DNA from: Octopus sinensis
Taxonomy: Eukaryota
NCBI RefSeq assembly: GCF_006345805.1
Contig: NC_043006.1
Span: 93,248,001 to 93,312,000 of the forward strand
Direction: 5' to 3'
Length of the DNA stretch: 64,000 bases
This document shows positions 26,570 to 39,670 of the stretch, piece by piece. The notes under the pieces were generated by a model that was not told where the DNA came from, did no database searches, and saw nothing but the letters and a program-made list of their open reading frames with translations. Both the position numbers and the translations under genes were made by a program. How positions within the stretch are numbered: the first letter of the stretch is position 1; each line of letters starts with the position of its first letter.

Positions 26570-26800
26570 GGCGGCAAGCTGGCAAAATCGTTAGCGCGCC
26601 GGGCGAAATTCTATGCGGTATTTCGTCTGCCGCTACGTTCTGAGTTCAAATTCCGCCGAGGTCGACTTTGCCTTTCATCTTTTCGGGGTCGATTAAATAA
26701 GTACCAGTTACGCACTGGGGTCGATATAATCGACTTAATCCGTTTGTCTGTCCTTGTTTGTCCCCTCTGTGTTTAGCCCCTTGTGGGTAGTAAAGAAATA
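26570..26800 (+). mobile_element. SINE family B, full length
   Basis: Closely matches 5037-5267; followed by a partial relative at about 26810-26960. Confidence 0.88.
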
Positions 26801-27165
26801 GGTAATTCATCTGTCTGTGCGTTCTGAGTTTAAATTCCGCCGAGGCTGACTTCGCCTTCCATCCTTTCGTGGTCAATAAATTAAGTACCAAACGCTTACT
26901 GGAGTCGATCTAATCGACTGACCTTCTCCAACCAAAATTTCGGGCCTTGTTCTTAGAGTAGAAATGATTCTGTTTTGTCACTCTCTGCTGCTTAAGGTAT
27001 CACATGATAATTAATCCCTTGATAAACCTGCCATGATCAGGATTTCTTCGGTGGAGAAATACAATCGATGTAGCTTCTTGTTGCCTACTTCAAGGCGGAG
27101 GGACAAGCTGAAATCTGCACTCCAAGCTAATTATCTATATTTGAATAATATTTCTTCTTTTTTTT

Positions 27166-27680
27166 CTATCTCTTTCATGTTTCAGTCATTAAAGTGACGC
27201 CATGCTGGAGCACCACCTTCATGCATCTTAGTCAAATGACTCGCCCCAAGGCTTACGCTTTTAAAGACTGGTACTTATTTTATCGGTTCCGTTTTGCAGA
27301 ACCACTAAGTTACAGGGACATAATCACACCAGCACCGGTTGTCCAACGGTGGAGGAAGGAAAACAGTGACACAAATACATACATACATACATAAATACAT
27401 ACATACATGCATACATACATGCATACATACATACATACATAAATACATACATACATACATACATACATACATACATACATACATACATACATACATACAT
27501 ACATACATACATACATACATACATACATTATGGCTGCGACGAACTTCTTTGAGTTTCCATCAACCAAATACCTTCAGAAAGCTTTGGTCGGCCGGAGGCC
27601 ATAGTAGAAGGTGCCATGCAGTGGAACTGAACCACAAACCGTGTGATTAGGAAGTAAGCTTTTTACCACATAACCATGCC
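27166..27680 (-). mobile_element. SINE family A with expanded internal (ATGT)n
   Basis: Family A head and tail flank a (CATA)n array at about 27376-27528. Confidence 0.8.
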
Positions 27681-28204
27681 TCGTCTCTTATCTCTTAAAA
27701 ATTATGTGTACAAACATAGTTTACACGCCTTATATAATACTTAGGTTTATCACCCGATATCAAGTATTCGCGTTACGTTTGCTAACAATAATTGGACTAA
27801 AATCATAAACAAACTCATCGGGATTTGTATGGCTTTCTGATTAATAAGATTAATTTGCAGTTACATTAAACTATGTTCGAGCCTTAACTTGGACATGTAT
27901 TTTTACTACTAGTATTAGAGCTTTGAGTGGTCTAATGTTATCTGACTGGAAATTGGGTGCGGAAAAGTGTGCAGAGGATAGTGAGAATGCCCGGGAAATT
28001 GATCAATTATCTTCAATTATAGGTCTGAGTCGATTAATTCCTTGTGAGTGAATTTGGCTGACAGACTCTTCTTGGAAGCCAGTCACGTATATGTGAGTGT
28101 GTGTCTACTTCTTTCTGTTCTTCTACGCACCAGTAACTTAACAGCCCGCTAAAAGAATCGACAAAATAAATACTAACCTTAACTGGAATTGATTTGTTTT
28201 ACTT

Positions 28205-28490
28205 AACTGCAGAAACTGAAAGAAGCTTCGTATATATATATATACATATATATATATATACATATATATATATGTATGTGTGTATTTATATTTGTGTTTG
28301 TCCCCCCCATCGCTCGAGAACTGCTTTTGGTTTGCTTACGCCCACGTAACCTAGCGGTTCAGCAAACAAACCCGATACAATAAGTACCAGTTTTTAAAAT
28401 TGCTGGGGGGATTGATTCGTTCGACTAAAACTTCTTCACTGTGATGCTCCAGCATGGCTGTTGTCTAATGAATGAAACAAATAGAAGATG
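28205..28490 (+). mobile_element. SINE family A, 3' portion
   Basis: gaaactgaaagaagc…tagcggttcagcaaa…gctccagcatggc…tgaaacaa. Confidence 0.7.
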
Positions 28491-28721
28491 AAAGAAAAAA
28501 ATAATCACAGCATAAACGCGTAGCAGCAGTGAAATATATCTCAATATACAACGTACGACAGTTCGTAAAGAAAGAATATCAAATGGAAACATTGTAAGTA
28601 TTAATTGCATCGCCTGATATCATTAGTGAAACTATCAGACGATAAATCTCAGAAAAGTATTTAAAAGTTTGTAATTGTTTTATTTGTTTTTCGAAAGAAT
28701 TTTATCTGTTCATCAAATTTC

Positions 28722-29177
28722 ATGGAATATTCACTGATATTTCACGAAGATGAAAGGAAACTGTCTCGAAGCAATTCCAAGGACGAAAGTCGTCGCAATA
28801 AATTTGCTCAACAATCTTCAATGAATCAATATTATTTAAAATATACACTTAAAAGCTCAGATGTATATAACAATGACAATGAGACGTATGACGAAACAGA
28901 AATGAGATGCCGTGGTTTTTATGCCTTTCCTAAAAATATGAGCAACATAATGGAAGAGCAGGCTGGAAGGGGAAAACGTATGAGACCGTCTTTACTCTGC
29001 AACTGCAAATCTAAATATCTAAATGGAATTATTGCCACTAAACATTGTCCTTTCATCGCCGCCAGCTCCATACCTTATTTAGTTAGCGAGCATGAAGCCA
29101 TCGATGACAAAATTGACGGCCGCGGAATTTTATCTCATAAAGAAGAATTACAGAACGAATATCTCAAGGTATTCTAA
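28722..29177 (+). CDS. 151-codon non-repetitive ORF, unknown product (candidate exon)
   Basis: Longest ORF in the window that is neither transposon nor microsatellite. ATG start and possible weak donor AAG|gtattc at 29169. No recognised domain. Confidence 0.25.
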   Translation: MEYSLIFHEDERKLSRSNSKDESRRNKFAQQSSMNQYYLKYTLKSSDVYNNDNETYDETEMRCRGFYAFPKNMSNIMEEQAGRGKRMRPSLLCNCKSKYLNGIIATKHCPFIAASSIPYLVSEHEAIDDKIDGRGILSHKEELQNEYLKVF

Positions 29178-29649
29178 CCAGCTCTGCAATGATTATACCA
29201 GACGTTGTCTCATGAAGAACACGGGGATTTAATTGACTCCTGAGCAAAGAAAACCAAACGGTAATTTGCAGATTTAATTTCAGTTCCAATCTGAATAACA
29301 TTCCTGGTAAGATTCAAAAAAAAAAAAAGAAAAGTCTGGAACAAACTCCATTGGCAAGAATCGTGTCAATAAAAATGTTCCACAAGTTTGAAACCAATAT
29401 TGATTTGTTAGGAACGCTGGTATACGTAAGAAGTCTCGGATTTATTTGCAAATAAAACGTGAAATCCAATATTACGAAGAGAAAAGATAAACAGTGGTTT
29501 TTATGCATTTCTGAAGAATATTTCAAGTCATTTAATATGGTACAGGAGCTTTTATTTCTAGAATAATCTTGCATATTCACTTCATTCTCATCTTTTGACT
29601 ACATTCGCTTTGCTTTATGTGTTGTATTATTTCACACTGTCTTTCAATA

Positions 29650-29900
29650 CAGCACACTCACCCACCTACCTCGTTCATCATGGATGCTTAGTTCCAAAAA
29701 ACACCGTGAGCATCATGGTAAATAATAGAAGATCAGGAGAAAACGTGTTATGTTCCAAGACCGCCCCACCAAGTTCTTGTGAGGATTATGGATGGTCTTT
29801 GGGGTGTGCTTTTGTGGTTTGAGGAGAATCTTTGGCAGATTGGTGACTCGTGTTATCACATATTTCTTCGTGATAACTACAGAGCGTACCGTGTTATTCC
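29650..29900 (-). mobile_element. degenerate mariner transposase fragment
   Basis: Minus strand reads QELGGAVLEHNTFSPDLL, resembling LGWEVLEHPPYSPDLA. Confidence 0.45.
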
Positions 29901-30956
29901 GTGTTAAATAAATCAGTGATAAACGAGAATGGATGTACTGCTTTGCTAATCATTATTCGTAATAGCGATATAAACTATGCATTTACGAAATTTATACCAG
30001 TGATATTCTAAGTATCTCTACAAAAGGGAATTTATTCCATGTCAGGGATATTGAGATTAGTATTAACTCTGAATATGTTAGATCAAGGTTGTATTTGTTT
30101 GTAGTATAGTAAACATAAACAATACAGAGTAAAACCACACTCATATAATACCAACTATTATTAATACAGGCAATAGGTTCAGCCTGTTTGTCTTTGCCTA
30201 TTATTTCAATTAAGGAATTGTCTCATTAACTTTTCCTAACTTCTCAATATAAAACTGCTAGTTATTATTCAAGTTTTGCTTGATCTAAATACAAGATTCT
30301 TTGATTATTTCGCTTTTTGTAGTTGATCTATACAGAAAACACTGTTATCATATCCATTTTATTGATAATCCATTTAATATGCAAATATAAACTTATCTCC
30401 TTGCAGCAATTCGCAATTTTTTTTCTAAACGTTTATTTATTCATTGCTTCTTGAAGTTTTCATTGCAACATAAAGAATTCATTCTTGTGTTTGCCGTTCT
30501 TTAGTTTCTATTGCTTCTGTTTTTCTTTTTGTTTGTTTTTTTTTCAGTTTTATAAAGATGAATTGGCCTGCAGAAAAACCCCGGGAAAGAGATGTCGAAA
30601 GATTGAAAAACAAAAACACAACATTTGCGATAGAGAAAATAGAATAATATATATTTAAAACAGAATTTGCGACAAAGCAACGCAAGAAATACTTAAAGTA
30701 CATAGCGAGTTGTAAAAAGGAAAAGAATGGAGAAATTATTCATTTCAAAAATAAAATAAATGTTTGATTTGATTTTTTTTTTCCTATTTAGATTTCGTTC
30801 TACTATTTATAATTGGGATTATTCTTTTCATAGTCGTTGTGTCTATGAAATCTAAAAGCATACAAAACCAATAATAGGAATTGTTTTTTCTTCTTATTTT
30901 CATCAAATCTTCTAAAAAAATTCACAGATTTTTTCATCTTCTTTTCCTCCAAATCA

Positions 30957-31067
30957 TCTTTCTTCTTCTTCTTCTTCTTCTTCTTCTTCTTCTTCTTCTT
31001 CTTCTCTTCTTCTTCTTCTTCTTCTCTTCTTCTTCTTCTTCTTCTTCTTCTTCTTCTTCTTCTTCTA

Positions 31068-31113
<46 letters not shown>

Positions 31114-31164
31114 TTCTTCTTCTTCTTCTTCTTCTTCATCTTCTTCATCTTCTCCTTCTTCTTC
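30957..31164. repeat. (TTC)n microsatellite, about 200 bp
   Basis: Direct reading; source of the poly-E/K/R and poly-L/S pseudo-ORFs. Confidence 0.95.
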
Positions 31165-32639
31165 CACTGCAGCCTTTATTTCTTTCTTAGGTAGGTGAAA
31201 GGAAATGACACAAAAATCCGTTCTTAATTATTCTAATGTATTTTATCTGATTATCCTTCTACATCTGTCAGAAGGAGATATTAAACATTGATAGAAATGC
31301 CACAAAGCAAAGGTTTACGGGGCTTTTGTTTTGTTTTTTTAAAAATGGGGGAAAAAAAAAAATCGAGACAAGATTTGTTTCTTAATATTCTATCTTTTAT
31401 TATATACATTCAGTCAGATGTGCACTTTCTTTATTTACTCTTAGATTAGATGTACTTTTCATATCGTTGTTTCTCTCACAAAAGTTTTCCTTTGATTTTT
31501 CTGCTGGTGAGAAAACTTAATGTTAATCTTTTCACCTGATCAAACGTATCCGGTGTTTAACTCTACTTTCCCTGTTATCTAATACACATGTAACATTGAA
31601 CACGATTTGATTATGTCACCGGTAACTTTGCCACGGGCTGCCAGTAACTTCTTTGTCGATTAGCTGAAGACAAACTTACATTTTAGTTATAAGTAAATAC
31701 ATATTCATAAAAAGTTGCAACTGATGCGCGTCAGCAAATATTTTACGTTGTAGTTCGTGAGTTTGGATAAATTCCTACGAATTAATGCGAATCCAACGAA
31801 GCGAATACAACAAAGTAGATTTCTAAAGCTGTGAGCCGATATCAATACCTTAAATTGGTTATTTTGCATCTATTCGCCGGCGGTAAATCGGTGGATCAGT
31901 TACGGATCATAACAAACAGCACGTTTCGTTATGCTTCTAACAATTGATACTCCAAGTTCAAATCGTGCTAAGGTCACTTTAGGCTTTCTTCCTTTTGGAG
32001 CAGAAGAAAAATCTGTGTGATGGCTTGGAGGAAAGAGAAAAACGATAAACTGGATCCCTTGCGATGCTTTTTTCCTGCCGTTGGTGTTCTAAGTTCAAAT
32101 TCTGCCATAACCTACAATGGATGGTAAAATTAAGCCATCGTCTGGTTTAAGGCCACCATCTTGTACCTTGGCTACCTTTAGAAGAGTTCAATATGATGGA
32201 AGTATTTATATCAGGTTTCCGATTCCAGGATATCTCCCTCTATCTCACAAGCATTCTGAAAGCATCTATAAAATCGCACAAGCTTTTGCGAGAAAAAGAA
32301 ATGTAGGACTAAAATAGCGTTTAGTCTATGACAGTTTTACTAGCGCCATCAATCAATGAATAAAAGTTAATTATTCGATAAGGCAATTTCATAATCTAAT
32401 TTGAGTTAGGAATGAGAAATAATACATCCTAATTAGAAAACACAAAGATTCTATAGACTTCGTTATCCCCCAAATTATGCCATATCATTTCCGAAAGCAT
32501 ATTTTAACTGTTGTTTCTGTCGAGTTCTAGATAAATGCTGATCTGATAACAAACAATGGGAATTTATTCGGCAGTAGTTCCTGAGAAAGTAGTTCAATTT
32601 TTATTCTCCATGATGACGGTAGACGGTTTCTAATCTTAG

Positions 32640-32840
32640 ATAAGGGCCTGTAGGTTTTGAGAAGAGGGAGGCAGTTGACTACGTCGACGCCAGTATATGA
32701 GTGGCATTTATTTTATCGATCGCGAAAGGATGAAAAGTAAAATCGACCTCAGCGGAATTTAATCTCAAAACGTAAACACGAACGAAATGATGCGAAGAAT
32801 TTTGTCCGGTATAATAACGTTTCGCCACCTCGCCGCCTTC
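32640..32840 (-). mobile_element. SINE family B-related copy
   Basis: ttttatcgatcgcgaaaggatgaaaagtaaaatcgacctcagcggaattt…gccacctcgccgcc. Confidence 0.7.
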
Positions 32841-34315
32841 TGGCAGTAGATATTTGAGTTAAGACTATAACAGCTTAGCAATCGTATGTATCGCAAGGGC
32901 AGCAAGCTGACTGAATCGTTCGTGCAGCATTATCGGGTTTTCACTTCAAATACTGTTGAAGTCAGCCCTGTCTTTTACCCTTTCGAGGTCGATAAAATAA
33001 ATTACTCGGTTAATTGAAGGAACAAGCTCCCTGACCCTGAAATTGCAGACGTCGTGCTAAAGTTTGAAATAAGTTTCTGTATTTATTATAAAGAATCGCT
33101 AGCAAACTTCAAAGGCTTCATTTACCAAGTTTTAAAGCAAGCCACACAAAATGTTTAATTGGCTCAGATAAAATCTTGCTTTCGGGAACATTGCTCGTGA
33201 GTTGCTTCGGTAAAAATTAAAATTGGCTTGAAGATAAACATTTGAAAATCTAAGACTTTTTTCCTTTGAGATTGTTGGAAGGAGATTTAGTTTGACTTGT
33301 CTTAAATCAGAGCAAAAATATTCTCTGTCTTCACTGTAGACAAAGGCGAAGCACCTGAAAATTTTACATTCTTCCTCTTCGTGACAAATAGCATAACGGG
33401 TTTTTTCTACGTATATCACTCCTTCGTTATTTTGATTTAAAGTTCGCAAATCGCAAACCGATTACAATCCTCTCTATTCGTTCAAACGGTGCGCTGTGCA
33501 TTTCAAAGCCACAAATTAAATCATATTTCTGATACACAATCACTATTAATAAAATAATTGTTTTCTCTGTTTCTTTAAATTTTAATCTTTAAAACGGAGT
33601 TTTGTTAACTTGCCATGTAAAATAAGAAATATATTTTACTTTCTTTGAGAAATATGCCAAGAATTTTTATATCTCTAGATTACAAAGAAGTAAAAAAAAA
33701 TGAAAAGTATTTCAATAAATGAAAACTGGTTCTTCATAGGTGGCCCAATATGCAATTAAAATTATGTAAAACCCGCCATATTTTTCGCCAGGAGTTTGTT
33801 TACGTTGGAGATTAAAGACAGTGGAAGATATATTCATATTGAAGAACTTACATCCAATAGAGTTTGATTAGAATATGTTGTTTACATTTTACATAAGATT
33901 TCAGCAGCAGGATATTTAAGCAAAATGGGTAGTTTGCCAAAATATTATTATAAGTAGAATGTAAGCGATGAAATTCTTACTGCAAATATTATTATGAATA
34001 ACAATTTGTCAGAGCAACGCACGCGGCTTTTAAATATATACACACAGAGATATACATAAACAAGTAGAAAACTTAGGTTAGATATAAGCAAGGCAATCTC
34101 TGCGATTTAATGAATTGTTAGCACAGCAATTCATTTCTGAGGAAGAGTAAAGAAAAAGTTGCGACGCGTTTATGAAATTGTAAATTTATATATTACATTA
34201 GCAGGCAGGAAATAATAATCCTCAAATATTAATACATGCCAGTATTGAGGAATCCTTTCTCTGCAAATGTTGGTCAAATCTCTCTCTCTCTCTCTCTCTT
34301 TCTCTCCCCTCTCTG

Positions 34316-34316
<1 letters not shown>

Positions 34317-34405
<89 letters not shown>

Positions 34406-34406
34406 A

Positions 34407-34485
<79 letters not shown>

Positions 34486-34559
34486 GTATATACATATATG
34501 TATATATATAATATGTTTATAAATATATATATATATATACATATATATATTTATAATAT

Positions 34560-34614
<55 letters not shown>

Positions 34615-34635
34615 TATATACATATATATGTATAT
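34317..34635. repeat. long interrupted (TA)n microsatellite
   Basis: Direct reading. Confidence 0.95.
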
Positions 34636-34637
34636 AT

Positions 34638-34813
34638 CGGTAGCCACTACACACATTTTTTCTCTCCTTGTTTTTTTCTGTGTCCCTTTCTGTAGAAGAG
34701 CATAGGCTCAAAACGTAAAAGACGTTTTCGATTCCCGAGCCTTATACTAATGCATCTGTTTATTTTCTACACCACCTGTCTTCGTCTTTTGTATTTTTCG
34801 TGAATTCCTCCCC
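34638..34813 (+). mobile_element. short HHR-bearing repeat, A6U family, copy 1 (G12A)
   Basis: cttt CTGTAGA A GAGC atag GCTC AAAA C GTA aaag at 34686-34721; same family as the copies at 40498 and 52007. Confidence 0.65.
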
Positions 34814-36435
34814 TATATATGTATATATATATACGCAGGCCTCTGGAATTTTTGGAGAAAGCGGAGTTGCCTATTTCTACGCGACAACTCAACTTCAATT
34901 ATGTTTATTCTAAGAAGAAACCGTTCACTTGGACTCCCGAAGGTGGTAAGAGCCGGAAAAGACAAAACTGAATATTTCACACAGGTTCTACAACATTTCA
35001 ACCTGTTCACAACCATTGAGTGATAAATCCTTATCGAATCTATTTTGCAAAATTGGAATATTTTTAATTTTCCATTTGCACAAATATCTACACCTTCACT
35101 ACATAGAACATTTCTAAGAAAAGAAGATTTTTTCTTTTGTGTTTATGTGCTTTTGTATCCGCCAAAATAATTCACATTGTACGTAATGCAATAGATGAGA
35201 TTTCTTGTTTCGCAATTCATGTTTTCATTCCCTTTCAATTCCTTCTCATTCTTGAATATTTTGCTTGTTTCCTGTTCAGGCATTACATATGTCCAACATC
35301 ATGAGTCTCCCCAGTTCGTTACCCGTATTCTTTCTTTCTCCAAAGTGAATCTTATCTTTCTTTCTTAAGATTATCTTGACATTTGGCTGTTGTCTTTGGT
35401 TGTTGAAGAGTTGTGATTGTTTAATTATTTCGAGGAGATTCGATGAATTATGTCGAATTGGAAAGTATTGTTCAAATGAATGACACATGTGGCCTCCTAT
35501 GAGCAACATTCTCAGACCAGGGATTTATCACAGTTACCAGACACTCCACAGAGCCGCCTGAATTGTGTCTAAGTTCCTGTGCAAAGATGTGGGGATGAAC
35601 TCCCATGTACTGCGTCCTTTCCTGCTTGATGTCTCTCTTCTCGCTTCACACACATTCGCAGCCCCCGCTACAGCAGTCCAAATCATGTCTTACTGATTTC
35701 ACAGTTTTTACAGAACATTAAGCAACAGTCGTGGTGTGGTATTTTAAAGCACCTATCATCATGATACAAGTAACTCTTTTCCAATATTCAGATAGCTTCC
35801 AGTCCTCTATGGCCGCTGACTTTTTCTGAAGTACATTTTCAATTTTAATGCTATCAAACGCCGTTAAGAGTTCACCCATACACCAAAATGCACCTAAAAA
35901 TAGAAAACAAAAACATTTAGACCCAAAAACTTTGTATGTGTGTATGTGTGTGTGTGTGCGTGTGTGTGTGTGTGATGTCTGTGTGCGTGTATGGGTGTGT
36001 GTCTGTGTTCTTGTGTAATGGATATCAACACGTGATCGAGGAAAACCACCGTCACTGACCATTGTTCGTGGAAAATGTCAACAATGACAGTGTATTAGAT
36101 TCACGCCCCAGAAATCGCCTTCCCTCGGGTTCGCACCTGAGGCTCCCATTGTCACCGTGACGCCGTTGTATTCGAGCGGGCAGCAGTCTGTTACGTCGCC
36201 GGCGATTGCACAACTTTAGGTCCAGTAAGTGTTGCACAGCACCTCACCCACCGTCTCTCCATTTGGTCAGGGGCTCAGAAATGTGGGAGTGTCAAGATGT
36301 CACACGTAGGGAAAATATGCCAAAATATTCAATGTCAATTCCTGTTTATCTGGCTTTATATATCAGTGACCAAGTGACCGTCTCCTAGTGACATACTTTA
36401 ACAAATGCAATCCTTTATTATATAGCTCAGAAACC

Positions 36436-36649
36436 TGGACGTTGTTGTAGAGCTGAAAACGAGGCAATTTCTCCTCTTCTCCTCTGGAAGCCATCTACTC
36501 GCGATACCGGAGGGCATACACTCTCCTACCCTAATGTAATCTCCAGGGATACAGGCATCCAGCAACAGAATCTCCGTAATGCTATGATGGACTGTAAAGT
36601 CTGGCGTAGCACGGTAAATTCCATTGTCTCGACCACGGTCGAACAATGA

Positions 36650-36652
<3 letters not shown>
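36436..36652 (+). mobile_element. RTE-clade LINE 3' fragment
   Basis: GRCCRAENEAISPLLLWKPS…TLSYPNVISRDTG…MMDCKVWRSTV…EQ* (stop 36647-36649) with a tgatgat tail. Confidence 0.75.
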
Positions 36653-36685
<33 letters not shown>

Positions 36686-36864
36686 TTGATAATTAGGGTT
36701 CAGCAAAGATTTGCTTCACCACATACCGAAGTTTAGAAATAGCAGTCAAAAAATATTAGCTATTCCTTCTACTTTAAAAGGAGTTCCCAGAAAAATCAAA
36801 GTACTTGAAAACAATCCACGCAGGCGAAAGGGAAAAATAACGAAAATCAATCGGTATTAGGTTA

Positions 36865-36950
36865 CCCACGTACGCGCGTTTCAGAATTAGATCGGTATAA
36901 AGAATAAATAATTATACCTTACCCGACCATTTTCGGCTCTTCAGCGTGGG
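36865..36950 (-). ncRNA. type I hammerhead, canonical core, extended stem II
   Basis: cccacg CTGAAGA [55 nt] GAAA C GCGC GTA cgtggg. 6-bp stem I, palindrome ACGCGCGT, inner helix GGTATAA/TTATACC; the base of stem II is imperfect. Confidence 0.72.
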
Positions 36951-36995
36951 ATTCCAGAAATATTAATTATAAATATTAAATTCGAAGGCACTAGA

Positions 36996-37058
<63 letters not shown>

Positions 37059-37869
37059 TATGCGCATATATTTTCTTCGTGTAAGTGTCTTACTATTGTG
37101 GAGATCCGCCCATGTGCACACACGATCATTCAGCGAATTCTGAATCATACAGAGACCAACTACAATAATATAAATCCGGTGTATATTATTAATTTGTAAA
37201 ATGTTATGAAGTAATCTTTCTTTCGACTGTCTTTCAATTATCAATTTGAAACGGATTTATACATGTGTGAATGTACATATACATAGTTAAACACACACAC
37301 CACACACACACACACACACACACGCACACATATACATGTATATAAAATATCTGCGGACTAATGAACTATTAAAATTGTCCTCATAACATCGTAATCTGTG
37401 TAAACTTGGAAAGTAATTAGATAACATAAACATATAAAATGTGCTATAATATAAAATCTATTAAATAGTTTTGCCTTGTAATTCAACTCACGTTTCCATT
37501 TAATTATACTGCTTTCACTTGAATATATACAACTTCGTTCGTTTCAAATCTACACCTAATGGCAGTAGCTATTGATTAGTATGTAGTTTCGTTTAGAGAG
37601 AAAGTTTCAACTTAAAAACTCTAATTAATGTATCATATATTTTCTTAATTGTGCCAGCTTCGTTTGTTCTTCTCCATATATGGCGTATCTTGCTCTTCAG
37701 CCCATTGTGTTATATTTTATCAGGAACTTTCCCGCCTCGTGTTGTTGACATGTTTCTATATATTTTCACCTCGTACCTGCTTTCTGCTGTATTATTGTAT
37801 TTACATAGTTGCTGCATTTCGCTTATATTACTCGTCACCTATTTCCCTTCGTATCATATCTTGGGTGAA

Positions 37870-38130
37870 AGCGCGTAGCTTAATGGTTAGGCTGTTGCAC
37901 TCACGGCTACTAGATCGTAGATTCGATCCCCCAGACCGTACTGCGGTTGTGTTCTTGAGCAAGACGCTTCGTTTCACGTGGCTCCAGTCCCCCTTTCGAT
38001 CAGGGTTGAATGTTGGCCTGCTCGCCTAGCCAGCGGGATGGCGTCATTCGAAGGCTAAAATAGTGCAAAGTGCATTGTGAACAGCAATGTGTAACAACAT
38101 TTGATAGACTGGTAGGTCATGTGATCACGT
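37870..38130 (+). mobile_element. tRNA-derived SINE
   Basis: A box tagcttaatggtt, B-box-like gattcgatcc, then cttgagcaagac. Confidence 0.65.
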
Positions 38131-38707
38131 GATTACACACTGGAGCATCATTACACTGTTCCAGGTTCATATGAGTGTTTTTATCTGTTTGGCTCTGTTT
38201 CTTTCATTTTATTTCCTATGAAAATATATTAAAGCCGTGTCTGGAGCGATAGAGACTGTGAATAGTTCCATGGGGCCGTTCTCATAGCGCAAAGTTGTCA
38301 ATTCAGAGAGACAGAATTGCAGACATGAGGAGTGACAGAGAGTAAACTTTCCATACTTAAAGTTGTGGAAAGAGTAACACATGTGACAATCGCCAACATA
38401 TCAGAAATTAATACATTCCTCAGAAATCCTCAATACGTTCTATATATATATAAGAGAACAAAGTGTACGTACGCCGCTATGAATATATATATAAAATAAA
38501 ATACAAATGGGACAAGACCGCAAAACATCTGGACAACTAGGTGATACAAAAAAGGACAATAAAACATCCAGATAGACGATACAAAAAACAAAGACGGGTC
38601 ATTCGAAGCCTTTTATCCTCAGTCAAGAACCGGATCATCCTCGCAATTTCGGCTGATAATAGATGAATACAGAAAGATAAATCGAGAGATAGAGAAATAT
38701 ACAGAGA

Positions 38708-38915
<208 letters not shown>

Positions 38916-39004
38916 TCGGTAGATATGAAGGCTGACTTAATTGTTTTTCGTGTGGTTGGTGCCTTAGTGGAAAGAACGTAACTGATTTTATATTTTTGAA
39001 TTTT

Positions 39005-39335
39005 CTTTTATTCGTTTAATTGTTATTTGACTGCGGCCATGTTGAAGCACCACCTTCAGTAGCCCAAATCGATCCCAGGATTTCTTTCTTGTAAGCCAAG
39101 TACTTACTCTAACGGGGTTCTTTTTTGTCGGACAGCTACGTTAGAGGGACTTAAACACAGCAATATTGGTCGTCAAGTGGTGGTGGTAGGACAAACACAG
39201 ACACACAAATACGTATATATACATATGTATATATATATCCCTTCCCTTTCTCTCTTACTCCCTCTCACTCTTTCCGTCTGTCAAATCCACTCACAGGCCT
39301 TGGTCGGCCCGAGGCTACTGTAGAAGACACTTGCC
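39005..39335 (-). mobile_element. SINE family A, 5'-truncated
   Basis: gactgcggccatgttgaagcaccacc…aatccactcacaggccttggtcggcccgagg. Confidence 0.75.
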
Positions 39336-39370
39336 CGCCCTCTTTACACCAACCTAAGACCGCACGTGTG

Positions 39371-39670
39371 GGGGCATATGGCCTAGTGGTTAGAACAGCG
39401 GACCTCGTGGTTGAGGGATCGCGGGTTCAAATCCCAGACCGGGCGATGTGTGTGTTTATGAGCGAAACACCTAAGCTCCACGCGGCTCCGGCAGAAGGTA
39501 ATGGCGAACTTCTACTGATTCTTTCGCCACAACCTTCTCTCACTCTTTCCTCCTGCATCTTGCAGCTCACCTGCGACGGACCGGCGTCCCGTCCAGGTGG
39601 GGAACCTATTCGCCAAGGAAACCGGGAAACCGGCCCTTATGAGCCAGGTGTGGCTCGAGGAAGAAGGAAG
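39371..39670 (+). mobile_element. tRNA-derived SINE, well-preserved head
   Basis: A box tggcctagtgg (39379-39389), B box ggttcaaatcc (39424-39434), body containing cctgcgacggaccggcgtcccgtccagg, purine-rich tail. Confidence 0.8.

Noticed and set aside
38590-38640. HHR-like string CTGAGGA…GAATGACCCGTC on the minus strand
   Set aside because: GAAT instead of GAAA and no consistent stem I; could be a variant but is unsupported here.
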